Shown: in pieces, positions 27,941 through 53,777 of the stretch
How the letters are laid out: every line of letters begins with the position of its first letter
How positions within the stretch are numbered: position 1 is the stretch's first letter
From: Amoebidium appalachense
Taxonomy: Eukaryota > Protista > Ichthyosporea
DNA: 64,000 bases
NCBI GenBank assembly: GCA_963693365.1
Contig: CAVNZM010000002.1
Coordinates: forward strand, 1,178,001-1,242,000
Direction of reading: 5' to 3'
Made by a program: the position numbers and the translations under genes
Notes under the pieces: generated by a model
Seen by the model: the letters and a program-made list of their open reading frames with translations, nothing else
Told to the model about the DNA's origin: nothing
Database searches by the model: none

Positions 27941-28728
27941 CAGACAGACAGACACAGACACAGACACAGACACAGACACAGACACAGACACAGACACAGA
28001 CACCACCTCACAGCACCCACCCATTCGTGAAGCCGCCACATTGCCACATGAACATGGTCAAGTTCGGAAAACGAATATACATGGAATTGAGAAACAAAAA
28101 TAAATAAAACAAGCAAGTCATTATATATTGAAAACAGCAAAGTCGTGTGAAAAACAAAGCCAAAAATGTCATACGCACACGATACTAAGTAGCTGTGCAA
28201 CATGACACAGCCTCTCTGCCTTCAATGTCAAAACCAGGCCGGTATCTCTTTGCTCTGTTTTGTGTTTTGTTAGGGGGCTCATAAGACGCTTACATCATCA
28301 TCACAGTGGTACTGTAGGCTACAGGCTGTACCTTTGGTTTTTTTATGTATTTCTATGGAACTAATCATTGAAACATGGTAAATAACTGTTAGTATAAATA
28401 TCATAATAATACATGCTACATTATTCTCCTTTCTTTTGCCATTATGAATACGACATTTTATTGTGTTAGCCTTAGGCAAGTCCCATGGCCACGAATTGAA
28501 TATCCGACCCGACTTAACCATAGGAGATATGTGTTTACAAAATATTACACTTTAACGTTCCGTTAGGCACCCAGTTATCGAGTGCTAAATGCTATTATAA
28601 TAGTCCCAACCGGTTTGGGACGAACGACGGATATTTGCACTACTGCTACTTTGGTTGTGGATCGTCCACAAACGTTTTGTGAGAGTTTTTTGTGTGGTCT
28701 GTAACTGCATTGTGCAAACTGCCTCCGA

Positions 28729-28767
<39 letters not shown>

Positions 28768-28975
28768 TGCGCCCACCCGCCCGCCAGCCCGCCAGCCCGC
28801 CCGCCAGCCCGCCCGTCCGGGGGTAACAAGAAACACCCAGGGCCCACCCACACACCCAAACATTTCCGGGCCCCCAGCATGGTAACATCCACCATTCCCG
28901 CATGCACCCACACATGACCGCCTCACACGCATGCACGCACACAGGCACAAACAGACACACACGTGCTTGCACAAA

Positions 28976-29024
<49 letters not shown>

Positions 29025-29225
29025 CACGTACACAAGCTCGTGCACAAACATGCACAGATTGTGCGCACACACAAACACACGCACAGGCACATGTGCACAC
29101 GCACACACACACACACATTGCACAAATACACACGCTTGTGCGCGCACACACACACACGTGACAACACACATGCACTGACAGTGTAAAGAGACGCCTGTAC
29201 ACAGGCAGGCGCACACGAATGACAC

Positions 29226-29288
<63 letters not shown>

Positions 29289-29803
29289 AAGGACACACAC
29301 TTAACACACACGGCATGATTTCAACGATAATCACCATGCTCTTTTCAGTTTACTTTTGCATGGCAATAACAAATTAGAGCGATTGTTGATCCCCTACTAC
29401 GTGTACGGTTGAATTTTGGGTTTTGTATATCTCGTTGGATATCAGGTAAATCTAATTGCAAGCGACTATAACGTTGTGTCTATAGCTAGTTTTTCTACAC
29501 TGGCATCCGAACTTCTCACCCATCTGATTCCCCGACCAAATAAAATCCAATATAAGACGGAAATTTTAATTACAGAAACACAGAAACAAAGAACTCGAGT
29601 CACTCATATGCATGGCGGATGCCTGGGCCGAGCACTTAATTAGGAAAATTTAACAAAAAATTGGCCAAAATATGATAGAGTAAAAAAAGATAGCAGACAC
29701 ACGTACAATCAAGGCTATAGCTAATAGCTAAGTTGAACTAAATTGAATATTAAGAGCTGCATGGCAGCATCATACCTTCCGACTAGCGACTACATAAAGT
29801 AAG

Positions 29804-29838
<35 letters not shown>

Positions 29839-30517
29839 TCAGTCTACTGACCTCTACGTAGCATGTCTCCAGAGCCTCATCTGCAACAGCTTTTGAAGGT
29901 ATCGAATCTGATGCTCGTGCATGTGTGGTTGCTGGCACAAACCCCTTGGTTTCGTAGTGGGGTGCTGAGTTTGTGTCGATGTACGTTTCCAAATTGGTGT
30001 CGATATCGATGTAGGCACCGCACTCCCTAATCGGCATCCCATCGGCCATCGGCAAGTTGTCATCGCCGATATCCACAACTGTTACAGGTCGAGCGCCTGG
30101 TGTCATTGAGTTGGTGGTTCCAATATACGTATACTTTTTCTTGGGACATCCAAGGACATCCAGACATGCCGTGTCTGGGTGCACCGGCTTGGGGGATGTA
30201 TGTGTCAATTGGCAAGCCTGAGGCTCAGCATAGGCACTGCCAACTTGATGGCTTCTGAATATGTGACGGCAACATCTCTCTCGGATGTCGGTACGATGCC
30301 GATGCCAATGGCGGTCTCCTCCTCCTGATGTGCACAGCCGTGAGTATGACTGACTAACCGTTCACAGTGTAAACTTCACCCCCTTACGACTGACGTATCG
30401 GAGTAATGTATGGGGATGTTTGGGGGCATTCTACTGAGCTGACATCTACTATACGTATATGGTGCAGGGCAGGCGGGGCGGTAATAAGTTAAATAAATAA
30501 TGAGTAATATGCGAATA

Positions 30518-30727
30518 CTCCTGCCGGCGCGACTGTGAGTAACCCTGGACAAAGTGTACTGCGGCTAGCCTAGTCTGTGAATGATGGTTTAGGCTAAGCT
30601 TAGCTGAGCACATAAATAGCACCCTAAGTAGGGTACTGTCGGTGCTGTGTGGTAGACGATAGTTCCCTCGAGGGCCTGCAAAGGTCCTCCGGGAACAAAA
30701 CGTGATAAAATAAAATAAAATAAAAAA
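30518..30727 (+). mobile_element. Short 3'-end copy of a non-LTR retrotransposon (same family as 31916-33289)
   Basis: Reverse-complement match to 31916-32117 (e.g. TACTGTCGGTGCTGTGTGGTAGACG), ending in a (TAAAA)n tail. Confidence 0.8.
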
Positions 30728-31314
30728 GTATGATATGCGAGTGCATCAATAAAATAGTTAATCAATACTCGAGGGGCCACTGTATTACTAACTGAACACA
30801 GAATCCGCAGGTCAGCCGCCAGGCATACCAACCAGGTTTCCCACACGAACCTTTGGTGTGTTCATGGCCCTGTAGATTGAATCCTTCTTCTCCACAGGTG
30901 CACGTACGCCTAGTAGATCTGGATTGGGAGACTTGAGGCCATCTGGGACGTGTTTAGTCACCTGTTGCAGTCGAGCCACTAGCTTGTCTCCGGACGGGCG
31001 TTGGGTAGGGTCCCATTCCCAGCACTGGCGCATGGCTGCCAGGGAAAAATAAATGTTAAAAAAGAAAAGGCGCAAAAGTCACAAATGTGAGGTCACAGAA
31101 AAAAAACCTGCATTCAGAGCAACAGTCAAACTAACAGTATGCGGCTAGCCCCCCCCCCCCCCCCCCCCCTCCCCTCCTTGCCCCTCCGATCCCCCCCTCC
31201 CCCCCCCCCCCCCCCCCCTGCCCCCGCCCCTCCGATCCCTCCCCCCCTCCCCCCCCCCCCCCTCCCCCCGCCCCCCCAGCTTCCGCTACTCGCTCCCTGC
31301 CCACGCCCATGCAC

Positions 31315-31410
<96 letters not shown>

Positions 31411-31698
31411 CACGCACACACGGACGCAAAAACACACAGTGTCACACACATGCTCACACAGACCAGCACACGCGTTGACACACACACGTGCGCCCGCGCA
31501 CGCACACACATACACAAACACGAACACACACACACGTCCAGGCACAGGCACAGGCACACGCACGCACACGCGCACGCGCACACACACGTATCATGACACA
31601 CACACACTTATATACACCCACACGTACAATGAGACACACCACATACGATGTGCATACGCGCGCGCAAACACACACACACACACACACACACATGAAAC

Positions 31699-31786
<88 letters not shown>

Positions 31787-31915
31787 TGCACGCACGCGCA
31801 CGCGCACACACACACACACACCCACGCACACACCATAACACACACACACACACACACATACAAAACACCGCGCACGCGCGCGAACTCACACGGGTGCACG
31901 CGTCGCACAAACTGT

Positions 31916-33204
31916 TTTATTTTTTTTTATTTTTTTATCACGTTTTGTTCTCGGAGGGCATTTTCAGGCCCTCTAGGGAAACTACCGTCTACCACACAGC
32001 ACCGACAGTACACTAGTTAAGGTGCTATCTAGTTCAGCTAAGCTAAACCATCCTTCACAACCTAACTATATGTACACACTTTGCCCAGGGCTACTACCCC
32101 AGCCACGCCGGCAGGAGGCTCCAGTCCTCCCCTCCATTCAAAACCTAGCAATAAACGTTAACCGAGGGCTCTCATTGGTCGATCTACAGTATTGGGAAGT
32201 CCTAGGTGTTGTGTATAATATTTACGGTGGGTATGGGTGGATGATGGGGTGTGGTGGTGGTGGTGGTGGGGGGTTGCTGCCTAACATTATGTGTTGTTGT
32301 ACGTATGTTGTGGCGATGTTTTTGTGGACTAAAAGGTGGGTTTTACAGGGCACACCGGTTCTGTGTGTGTTCCGGCAGTCAGAACAGGCCGGCCGGGTGT
32401 GTGTGGGGGGTGTATTTGTTGGTGTCTTGGGTTTTTGGGGAGCCATACTTTTCTTTCTACGGGTGGTGGGTATATGGTAGTGTTTTTGCATTTTGGGGTG
32501 GGTGGGGGGGAGTGTTGTGTTCCGTGGGTGCCAAAATTTTTGAAAAGAAAAAGGATTGCAACTCTACTGTGATTTTTCCTAAGATGGCCCGGGTGGTGGT
32601 CTTGGTGGTGCCGGTGGCTGCAAGTAGTGGGCCCACCGATCGTGGGCAGAATCCCCGTTCGACCCACTTGATGTCTTCGGGGTCAGGTGGGTCACCGTTG
32701 CCTCCTATCCAGTTTATCCATGCACATTGGTCTACCACCGTGGCTGCCGTATGGTGGTGCTGTGCCGCGGGGGTGTTTGGATGACGAGTGTGCACTACGT
32801 TGTGGATACAGGCTGTGATGGCCGTGGTCAGGGTGGGGACTTCCCCGGCATGGGCCGGGCAGGCCCAGAGGTGGGTGGTGGTCTCAGGGTGCTGGCTACA
32901 CCGGGGGCATGTGGGCTGTGTAACGACGGTGGGGTGATCTCGGTGTAGCCGTGCCATGGTAGGCAGGGTGCCCATGGCCAGGGACAGGCTACGAATGTTT
33001 CCTCTGACGGCCCCGATGGTTGCCTGTGCGGGCCCCTTGTTGAGCTTGAGGGGGTTCCGTGCGGCTGGGAGCAGTCTGGGGTCGGCTAGTATGGACATAG
33101 CCTTGGTCTTGCCGGCCATGTCGGTGAGGAAGTCCTTGTTCAACCGGTTCAGTGTACCGGGAATGTTGCCGGGGATACGGTGGCCTTGTAGTCGTAGGAA
33201 GTAT

Positions 33205-33239
<35 letters not shown>

Positions 33240-33289
33240 GGCCGGAGGTAGGGGGGGGGGGGGGGGGGGGGAGGGGCTCTTCCTGCATT
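31916..33289 (-). mobile_element. 5'-truncated LINE (ORF2 C-terminal zinc finger, 3' UTR, A-rich tail)
   Basis: The ORF contains LPTMARL...CPRC...ETTTHLWAC (zf-RVT-type CCHC). The A-rich tail is at ~31916-31937. A perfect 16-bp TSD, GCGTCGCACAAACTGT, is present at 31900-31915 and 33290-33305. Confidence 0.88.
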
Positions 33290-34417
33290 GCGTCGCACAA
33301 ACTGTGACAGATACACATACACACACACCCACAAACACACACACTGTGTGACGCACACGCACGGTACATACGGACACCCTCAGACGCTATATGAACATCA
33401 AGGTAGGGTTAAACTGTACAGCTAACACACCCAAACTGTACAGCTAACACACCCACCTTGTTCGTAAACGTAGACGGGGCATGCCTCAGGGCACCGTAGG
33501 CGGACCCCACTGCTCAACCCCTCAAGCATTGTCAGCCGATGAAGGACTCCCCGGGAACCGGGTGAAACAGTCGCCCATACGGCACATCCCCGTTGCTGAA
33601 TATCTCCTGCATGGGATAAGGTATTTGAGTCGGGGACTCCTACTACTGTACACAGAGCCGTTTTCTCTGAGACCTTGGCCGCACTAATAGTATCACGTCG
33701 ATAATGTCATGGATATCATAGTGGAGTCTCAGAGCCTGAGGGATTCAGTGCTAGTGCTTGTACAAAAGAAAACACAGTTTCGTAGTACCCAGAGTAAATA
33801 AATGTAATTTCCTTGCCATAGCCGTTTGAATCAAACTTACTTAAGTACTTACGTAACTCCTGCACCAGACGATTAGACATAGTACCCTTCCACACATACA
33901 TACCCAGAACGTCACCCCTGTAGCCCAGACGTCCGTGCTGCTGCTAAACACAAACCCCTTGAGACTCTCTGGTGCCCACCATCGCGCCGGAAGCTTGGCC
34001 GTGTCACGGTGGACCGTCTGATCGGCTCCCACCTCCAGTTGGCGAGCCAATCCCAGGTCGCTGATCTTTGCTATGGGGTAGCCCTCGGGTGTGGTGGTGC
34101 GGCAAGTCAGCAGCACGTTGCGGGCAGCAATGTCGCGGTGCACAATGGGCGGGGACATGCTTTAAACTCATTAGTATGCAATAATCAGAACGGGTGCAGT
34201 AAAGGAGAATAATGTACTGTTGGTGTTGACCGAGGAGACTATCTTTAAAGAAGCTTAAGGTGACGCCCAATGATAAAGAGAGGAGGGTGCAAACGGGGTC
34301 GTGGGGTCCGGGACATAAATGCCAGCCAAGTCTAAAACAGTGTACGGGCTACTGGTCAGTGGTGCAACAACAACAACATGAACACACACAGTGTCACACA
34401 CAAAATTTGATGCGCGC

Positions 34418-34526
<109 letters not shown>

Positions 34527-36551
34527 CATCATTTATAACCACGTCAGTCAAGCGGCTAGATAAAGTAGAATGGCATAGTAATATGTATGTTGCGGGCGCG
34601 AATAACTAGCAGTGAAATGTGAATATCAATTGCAAAGAACTTGATCATTAACAAAAACATCAGAATCTGCTTACCGTATCATTAGTAGGCTTGGGAGAAA
34701 GATTTCCGTTGTTGTCCCCACCCTCACCCCATCCATCTCGACCCGCTGAAATCCAACCATCACCAATGGGGGTGCGCATTGTGTGAATCTCACACCGATC
34801 ACTACAGCAGACACCGTTCCATACAACTCCGGAGTCTTATTGTCCCCGTATGTCCGTGACATTATGAGCCCAATCCTGGAGCCAAACTTGGCCTGATCAT
34901 GATCATCTACGTTGACATATGTATCCCGGTGACACGATATGGTTGCCGCGCTATTTATGTCGACAGGTTGGCCTTTGGCTGGGTGCAGTGCACTCTTGAC
35001 ACCACAACCAATGACTGCTATCGTGACGTTAGGCTCACTGGCCGTGAATCCGTCAAGGTAATCGTTTATCTCGACCTTGTCCGTAGCATTCAGTATGATT
35101 CTGCGCCTCACAAGAATCGTGACGGCCAGCTCAAAGTCTGTGGCGGCGTTAGGCACGGGTGACGCTGATGCGTTCCGTGCAGCCCCGATGGTAGAAAAAC
35201 ACGTGTTCGTGCCTGCCAGCTCTGGATGCTGCAGTCTGCTCGCATGGACTTGCACAGTGACTCCACCTGTGTCTTCAGCTCGTTGACGTGGAGGGAGGGA
35301 ATATAACAATACTGGTGAAGTAGTTGGGCTCAGGGGTTGGCCAGTCCCCCGGGAAGGTGTAAGCGGACATGGGATCCGAACCCTGAGCAAAAACAGAGGT
35401 TGACGCCCACGGCAGCAGCAAAAGGACACTAGCAAGCAGCCTGAGGCTAGGCCTACTTCTAGGAAACAGGCATCCTGCGACCTTGATGGCGCACATCAAG
35501 GTTGAATATGGCGCAACATGCTCACTTGGCGCCATGGTAGGCTGGTACGTATACGGTTCACCGTACAACGTCGAAGTGAAGGCTGGCTCTATGTGTTGAA
35601 ATTTGTTATTAGGGAGATTTCAAATGTGTGTAGTATATTAGGTTGCTACAGCGTACACAATTGTTTAATTAACGTACAGACTACAAACCAAAGCACAAGC
35701 GTCTAGACACTATGATCAATGAAATATGCGCTGAGTAGATCAGGTACCGATCGTGACATGGTACACTGAAAAACATATGACAAACATATAGCCACCCCGA
35801 AAAATGAGGGCTGCAGGACAAGTTTTTAGGAGCTCAGGGAACCAGCAGTACTGTACCGTACGTACTACACTAAGTACTGTATGATTACATCGATATCGTC
35901 CCCTCAGCCCTCGCGCTCGAGTGTTGTATCCCTTGTGTATGTATACAGAATACTTGAACGGAGTTAAGGGGGAAAGCCAACACGACACCAACACTGGGCT
36001 CACTCGTTTCCCTAGCCTAACCAGCGAACCTCGGCGGCCCTCTGCCGTCCCACACCAGCACGGAGCGCAGGCTGATCACGTGACATACGGGAGCTCTCGA
36101 ATGTACGAGAAGGTGCACTCATTGAATTCCAGGCCCGGATCCTATTGGCTACCGGTAAAGTCTTTGACATTTGAAGTGATACAAAGAGATACGATACCCC
36201 CGGTTTGTGCTTTGGTCAACTGCTTTTGTTCAACCACCGCCTCGGCCTGACTCTCGTCATCCAATAATGGATTGCAGGTATCTTAAGTTACCAACATCCC
36301 GGTCGGTGGTGATGGCGAGCCAATATAGCCTCGTCGCCGAACAGTACGGTAATAAGGTACGGTAACATCCGTGTTTGTCTTTCTGCCAGGGGAGCCTTTT
36401 TGTGGTTGTTGTTGTGCCCAAAAATAAAGGCGTTAAGGTATATTCCCCATGATTAGCAATGTTTTTTGAGGCAGCTCTTATTTTGTCGGCGCTCTGCTGA
36501 ACACTGTGTTCCATGGCCGGACTCCAGTGAATCAGATACATGTCTGGCCTC

Positions 36552-37161
36552 TGTGGTATATTATACCGGATATCTAGTATGGATGTACACAGGTTGAGAT
36601 ATACGCGCACGTGTACATGTATATATACCACTGTGTTTGATCTTAGGTAGGCCAGTATGCATGTCCCCCCCAGTCTTGTGCGCATGAGCATGGAGTTAAA
36701 CATATGTGCACGTGCAACTTGCAGGATTATTCATGGGAAAACAGATATAATAGCCACATGGGACCGACACGTAGTAGAGGAACCATGAGCGTTAAGTTAT
36801 AGTTTTATCATGGGAAAATATGCAAGTAGCCGTGAGGTATGACTGTGGAATGCATCGATAATCAAGTACTGTCACCCGATTGGCTCACTAGGTTTATTGG
36901 AACCGTGATAGCCATGGGACAGAACCGTGAACCGTATGTGATTGGCTCTCGTAGCCAAAAAGCACATACCGATGCGCATGTCTGAGCCGCTGTGCGAGCT
37001 CCGATATAAGGGCATGTCGGGGGCTTCAGAGCTCACTCAGTGTGCTCGGCTTACTAGGTGTAAGTAGGACTAGCACGTAACTAAGCAAAGCGTGGTCTAG
37101 TCAACCCCGTTCATTTATAAACATATTGTTTGTCACAGACACACGATCATATTATACAACA
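36552..37161 (+). repeat. 5' LTR of the mini element
   Basis: TGTGGTATATTATA...TATTATACAACA; I found a single mismatch against 37916-38525. Confidence 0.95.
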
Positions 37162-37875
37162 GCACACAAAATTTTGCAATGTACACCGTATTATCTTGTG
37201 TACGGGCAAGAAGCAACACAATTCCCTGACGTTGCCCTTCTTAGCAGTAACCACCCGGCACTCAAGGACCCAGAGTGGAAGGCATACCGGCGAGAGTTAC
37301 TAGCCCGTCTGCCTCTGCTCCGTGCTGTGGTCCAGCAACGTGCCGTACGAGAGCCCCCAGGCCCCTCGGTGGCTCGTGAATTTCAGAAGGGTGCACGGAT
37401 ACGTGTTCGGAATCAAGCCAAAAATATCGGTGCCTGGGATGTACGGTGGATTACGGGTTACGAAATCGTCAAAAGGGTCGGCCCGGTCACGTACGAGATC
37501 CGAAGCTTAGCAACTATGAAGAAATCTAAGTGGCACGTGGACGATATTCAGCTTGAATTGAGTGAGCAAAATAGAATTCGGCCTCAAGATCTCTCTCACC
37601 TCCCGGACACGGGCGATAGTCACAACTTCAACAAGGTTCTGCCGGACGAGTGGGTGGTGGAAAAGGTGCTTGACGTAAGAATTCAGAAACGGCGCAAGCA
37701 ATCCACCCCTTACAAGTGGTACCAGATCAAGTGGGCAGGCAAAGATGATTCATTCACCTCTTGGGAGTGTGAGAAAGACTTAGCCTGCCCGGACAAGATC
37801 CGAGAGTTCCACCAACGCAGAGGTGACCTTGCATCGTTCCACGGATACATTGACTCATTGTGTGGAGCATGGTGA
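37162..37875 (+). pseudogene. Integrase C-terminal fragment (GPY/F-like module) plus chromodomain
   Basis: TPYYLVYGQEA, WITGYEIVKRVGPVTYEI, HVDDI, then EWVVEKVLDVR...YQIKWAG...SWECEKDLACPDKIREF; the frame is uninterrupted. Confidence 0.88.
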
Positions 37876-37915
37876 CGTATGTCGAGGACGACATACTTCT
37901 TTTTACGGTGGGGCG

Positions 37916-38525
37916 TGTGGTATATTATACCGGATATCTAGTATGGATGTACACAGGTTGAGATATACGCGCACGTGTACATGTATATATACCACTGTGT
38001 TTGATCTTAGGTAGGCCAGTATGCATGTCCCCCCCAGTCTTGTGCGCATGAGCATGGAGTTAAACATATGTGCACGTGCAACTTGCAGGATTATTCATGG
38101 GAAAACAGATATAATAGCCACATGGGACCGACACGTAGTAGAGGAACCATGAGCGTTAAGTTATAGTTTTATCATGGGAAAATATGCAAGTAGCCGTGAG
38201 GTATGACTGTGGAATGCATCGATAATCAAGTACTGTCACCCGATTGGCTCACTAGGTTTATTGGAACCGTGATAGCCATGGGACAGAACCGTGAACCGTA
38301 TGTGATTGGCTCTCGTAGCCAAAAAGCACATACCGATGCGCATGTCTGAACCGCTGTGCGAGCTCCGATATAAGGGCATGTCGGGGGCTTCAGAGCTCAC
38401 TCAGTGTGCTCGGCTTACTAGGTGTAAGTAGGACTAGCACGTAACTAAGCAAAGCGTGGTCTAGTCAACCCCGTTCATTTATAAACATATTGTTTGTCAC
38501 AGACACACGATCATATTATACAACA
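37916..38525 (+). repeat. 3' LTR of the mini element
   Basis: Direct repeat of 36552-37161. Confidence 0.95.
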
Positions 38526-39121
38526 GCCTCGCGGGAGTCAGCGAGTCGCCGAGGCGATGTATACGTACGATTGTGATCACTGCTCAACATGTGACTTGCT
38601 TCGAGAGTTCTGCATGCTGCCCTCCAGGCCTCCTCTAGAGCTACGCTAGAGCTCGAGCCAAGTCATCCCACCTTTCCACCTCCATACACCGGTCCGGCCA
38701 CACACTCCACTATCATCGACTCGCTCTTCGTGCTCTCAGCACGCGCACAGGTGATTTTTCTGCAGCTGCCCTTTGCTGTTTGTTCCTGCAGTTACACGAG
38801 CTGTCTACTACTGTGTAAAATCCCCCCCCCCCCCCCCCCCCAGCCCTGGGGATCATCATAATTTGAGTTTATTTGTTTCTGGCTATACTGTTTAGCTATC
38901 TTTATTAAAGCCTTGCCATATTATGATATATAGATATTTTCCTCTGGCACGGCTTTGTTCAGCAGCTGCAGCTAACTTATGGGACTACCGGTGCGCCCCC
39001 GGCCCCTAATAAATGTATGATATGCTTGTGTAACGGTACTAGTATTATTGTGGTCTACATTTGTGGTCTACTACTGTGACACCTGGGGTGTTGACATATT
39101 GGCCGGCCAATGAATGTGCAT

Positions 39122-39278
<157 letters not shown>

Positions 39279-39597
39279 TTCACACGATCCCCCAGGTACC
39301 GGGACACATGACCAAAATACATCATGCATCACTGGTACACACATGCACATAGATCTAGAATTGGGCCACCAAAGGTTTTAACCCGCGGGCACAGCATGCA
39401 CATGCATGCATTACGAAAATATCGATACTTCTTTCAATATATGTACACTTTAGGTGAAGAAAGGCTGTGCAAGAACTGGGAGAGAGTATAATAATAAATA
39501 CACAAACACGCCCATGTCGGCGAACTTTGGTTCCATGCACGTAACATTGCCCATTCCAACATTTCCAATATAAACTTCCAAAACTCGTTTCATGCCA

Positions 39598-51501
<11,904 letters not shown>

Positions 51502-51769
51502 CAGCACATTCTACGTACGTGCTCACTGTTCCGTGCCCTGCCGTACCAAACCACCAACCGTGAGAAAAGCATGCTACACAGGCCACTAAATTGACCTTTG
51601 TTGTTACCCGGTGCTAAACCAAACTGTGGGCTATGCTGGACTTCAAGCCAGAGTTCTAGCCAGAGTACGGAGCTGGGCATTTGGCGGGAAAAGATGGTGC
51701 GCGATTATCCAACCAGTGTCGTGAGCCATACCGATTACGCATACCAGACATTTTGTGAGCACGTGTACA

Positions 51770-51971
51770 CAGGGTTCGCAATATTCTTTGAAACTTCGGG
51801 GTAGGGTCCGAGTTGTTTGGGATTCTCCGAAAAAACTTAGGGAAAAGTGTTTGGGAAAATCTGGGCGTGGTTGTGCACAAAAACATGTGCAGATACGACT
51901 CTTCTCCCCGCCCCCAAGCCCCAGTGGCCCACTGTAATATTAGTACCCACTCACGGCTCCCAGTTACCGGT

Positions 51972-52030
<59 letters not shown>

Positions 52031-52243
52031 ACCCCCCAGCCCTCCCTGAGTTTTCCTTCCGATTCGGCCTGGGCCCCGGGGCCCCGGGCCATGGCCGCAC
52101 CACTATTCACCCACAGCTAGCCACAGTCCACCTAATCCACTACATGAGACCTCCTCCTCCCTATACCCCCCTCCCCCCTTCCCCCTCCCTTCTCCCTCCC
52201 TCCTCCCTCCCTCCCTCCCTCCCCTTGGGCCCTTTCTCCCCCC

Positions 52244-52281
<38 letters not shown>

Positions 52282-52364
52282 AAAAACAAAACTCGGAGGT
52301 TCTTTGGGAATCCAGAAAAAAGTTTGGGAAATTCCCAAACTGTTTTCGAGAATTTCGATCCCTG
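51770..52364. mobile_element. hAT-superfamily non-autonomous DNA transposon (MITE), 595 bp
   Basis: Imperfect TIRs CAGGGTTCGCAAT / ATTTCGATCCCTG, a perfect 8-bp TSD CGTGTACA at 51762-51769 and 52365-52372, and subterminal TTTGGGA repeats. Confidence 0.85.
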
Positions 52365-53403
52365 CGTGTACATGCACACAGTCAGAGTCAGTGAGGGAGT
52401 TAGTGTCACGCAGTGGTCATATCTATTATCCAGGGCAGAGGGAAGGGGTATAGTATAGATATTCAAGCGGAGCCGGAAGCTGTATATATCAGGGAGAGCA
52501 TGGGGCGTAAGGGACCACGCAAGCGCCAAAGGCCAGGCGAGGAGCATGGAGGGAAGAAGAAGGCAAGGCTCGTCGTGGGTAGGTGGCCCCAGCAGGAGAA
52601 AATCATTGCAATGTTGATCTTGATTAGGAATAGTTGGGACGTTGAAACATGGTTTCCTGTAACAGTGTGGTGGGCTAGAAGGCATGTGTTTGCAATACAC
52701 TTTTTGACCCGACGTGTGCACAGGAATCTGACTAGAGAGCCTTAGGCTGGATCTCAGTGAGACAGGACACCTATGGGCTATGTGCGTCTTGCTTATAATG
52801 GCTGTGGCCGCACGTTTTCCGGTACCTCTCTAGAGGAATAGTTCATTTTTTCTCTCACACATTTGACCTTGAATGCACATGAAGAAACGCGCCGCGGGGT
52901 GATGTTACGGCCTTGGTTGTGGTGAATGGGTATTGGAGGTGGGCTAGGTGTGTATTACTAAGATTTGTGAACTGGTTAGTGTTTAAGATTATCACTAGGT
53001 CTTTCTCCGAGAACCTCAACATTATTGATTTATAAACACACCATCTATGAGCCGAGCAATCACGACTTTAGAATATTAGCATGTACACACATCAGAAGTG
53101 CACTAACATTTGCAACCCTGTGCAGCAAGGCAACATCAAAGAAAATTGCGCCTGGAGTGAAGGCGAAAAGCAAACCCCCCCAACAGCCACAACAACCATC
53201 ATCGGCAAATATCCCCCTCCTAGCTGTAGGGTTGACTTCGCCAGAAAACGCTCCAGCACAAAATGCCACAACACAGAAGCCTCAACAAAAACCAACCAAC
53301 CAACCAAGCAAAAACTCGAAAAGACAACACGGAAAGCCGGCTGAAAAACCCGCCAACCTCGAAAATCGAACCAACTCTTTAAAGAAATTCGAAAATTCAA
53401 ACG

Positions 53404-53777
53404 TTGTTGTTTGACGTTTTCATTGACGATTTAGCCTGCGCCCTGGAACCCTTTGGCCAACTGCATACCCGCCGTGTACCGGGTCTCCTTTTTGCGGACG
53501 ATATTGTTCTTTGTTCCTTAACCGAAGATGTCATGCACCAGATGCTTCGTCAGGTGGATCAATGGTGCACCGAGAATCTCATGACAGTCGGAATTGCAAA
53601 GTGTGCTACTTTTTCGAAGAACACTTCCTTTCGATTGGCCGGCCTTCCTATTCCTGTTCAGAGCACCTATGACTATTTGGGTATTCCTTTTACTGCACGG
53701 GGTATTGATTTCCGCAAGCTCCTCACGGCACGGATCGCTCGTGCGAAGGGTAAGCTTCACATCGTGTCAAATATGTT
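53404..53777 (+). mobile_element. LINE reverse-transcriptase fragment interrupted by the Ty3/gypsy insertion
   Basis: LFDVFIDDL...GLLFADDIVL...WC...GIAKC...YDYLGIPF are non-LTR RT motifs; the frame is cut at the LTR start (53778). Confidence 0.85.

Larger units (their letters stand above)
36552..38525 (+). mobile_element. Non-autonomous mini Ty3/gypsy (chromovirus) LTR element, 1974 bp
   Basis: Two 610-bp TG...CA LTRs, a 5-bp TSD GCCTC (36547-36551 and 38526-38530), a purine-rich tract before the 3' LTR, and a 754-bp interior holding only the integrase C-terminus and chromodomain. Confidence 0.93.

Noticed and set aside
35880-36551. Protein-like fragments and short similarities to 38526-38760 around the mini LTR element
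   Set aside because: The matches are short and no termini or domain could be defined.
52413-53414. ORFs upstream of the LINE RT fragment (52413-52745, 53025-53414)
   Set aside because: No recognisable domains; they could be LINE ORF1/UTR debris but this cannot be supported.
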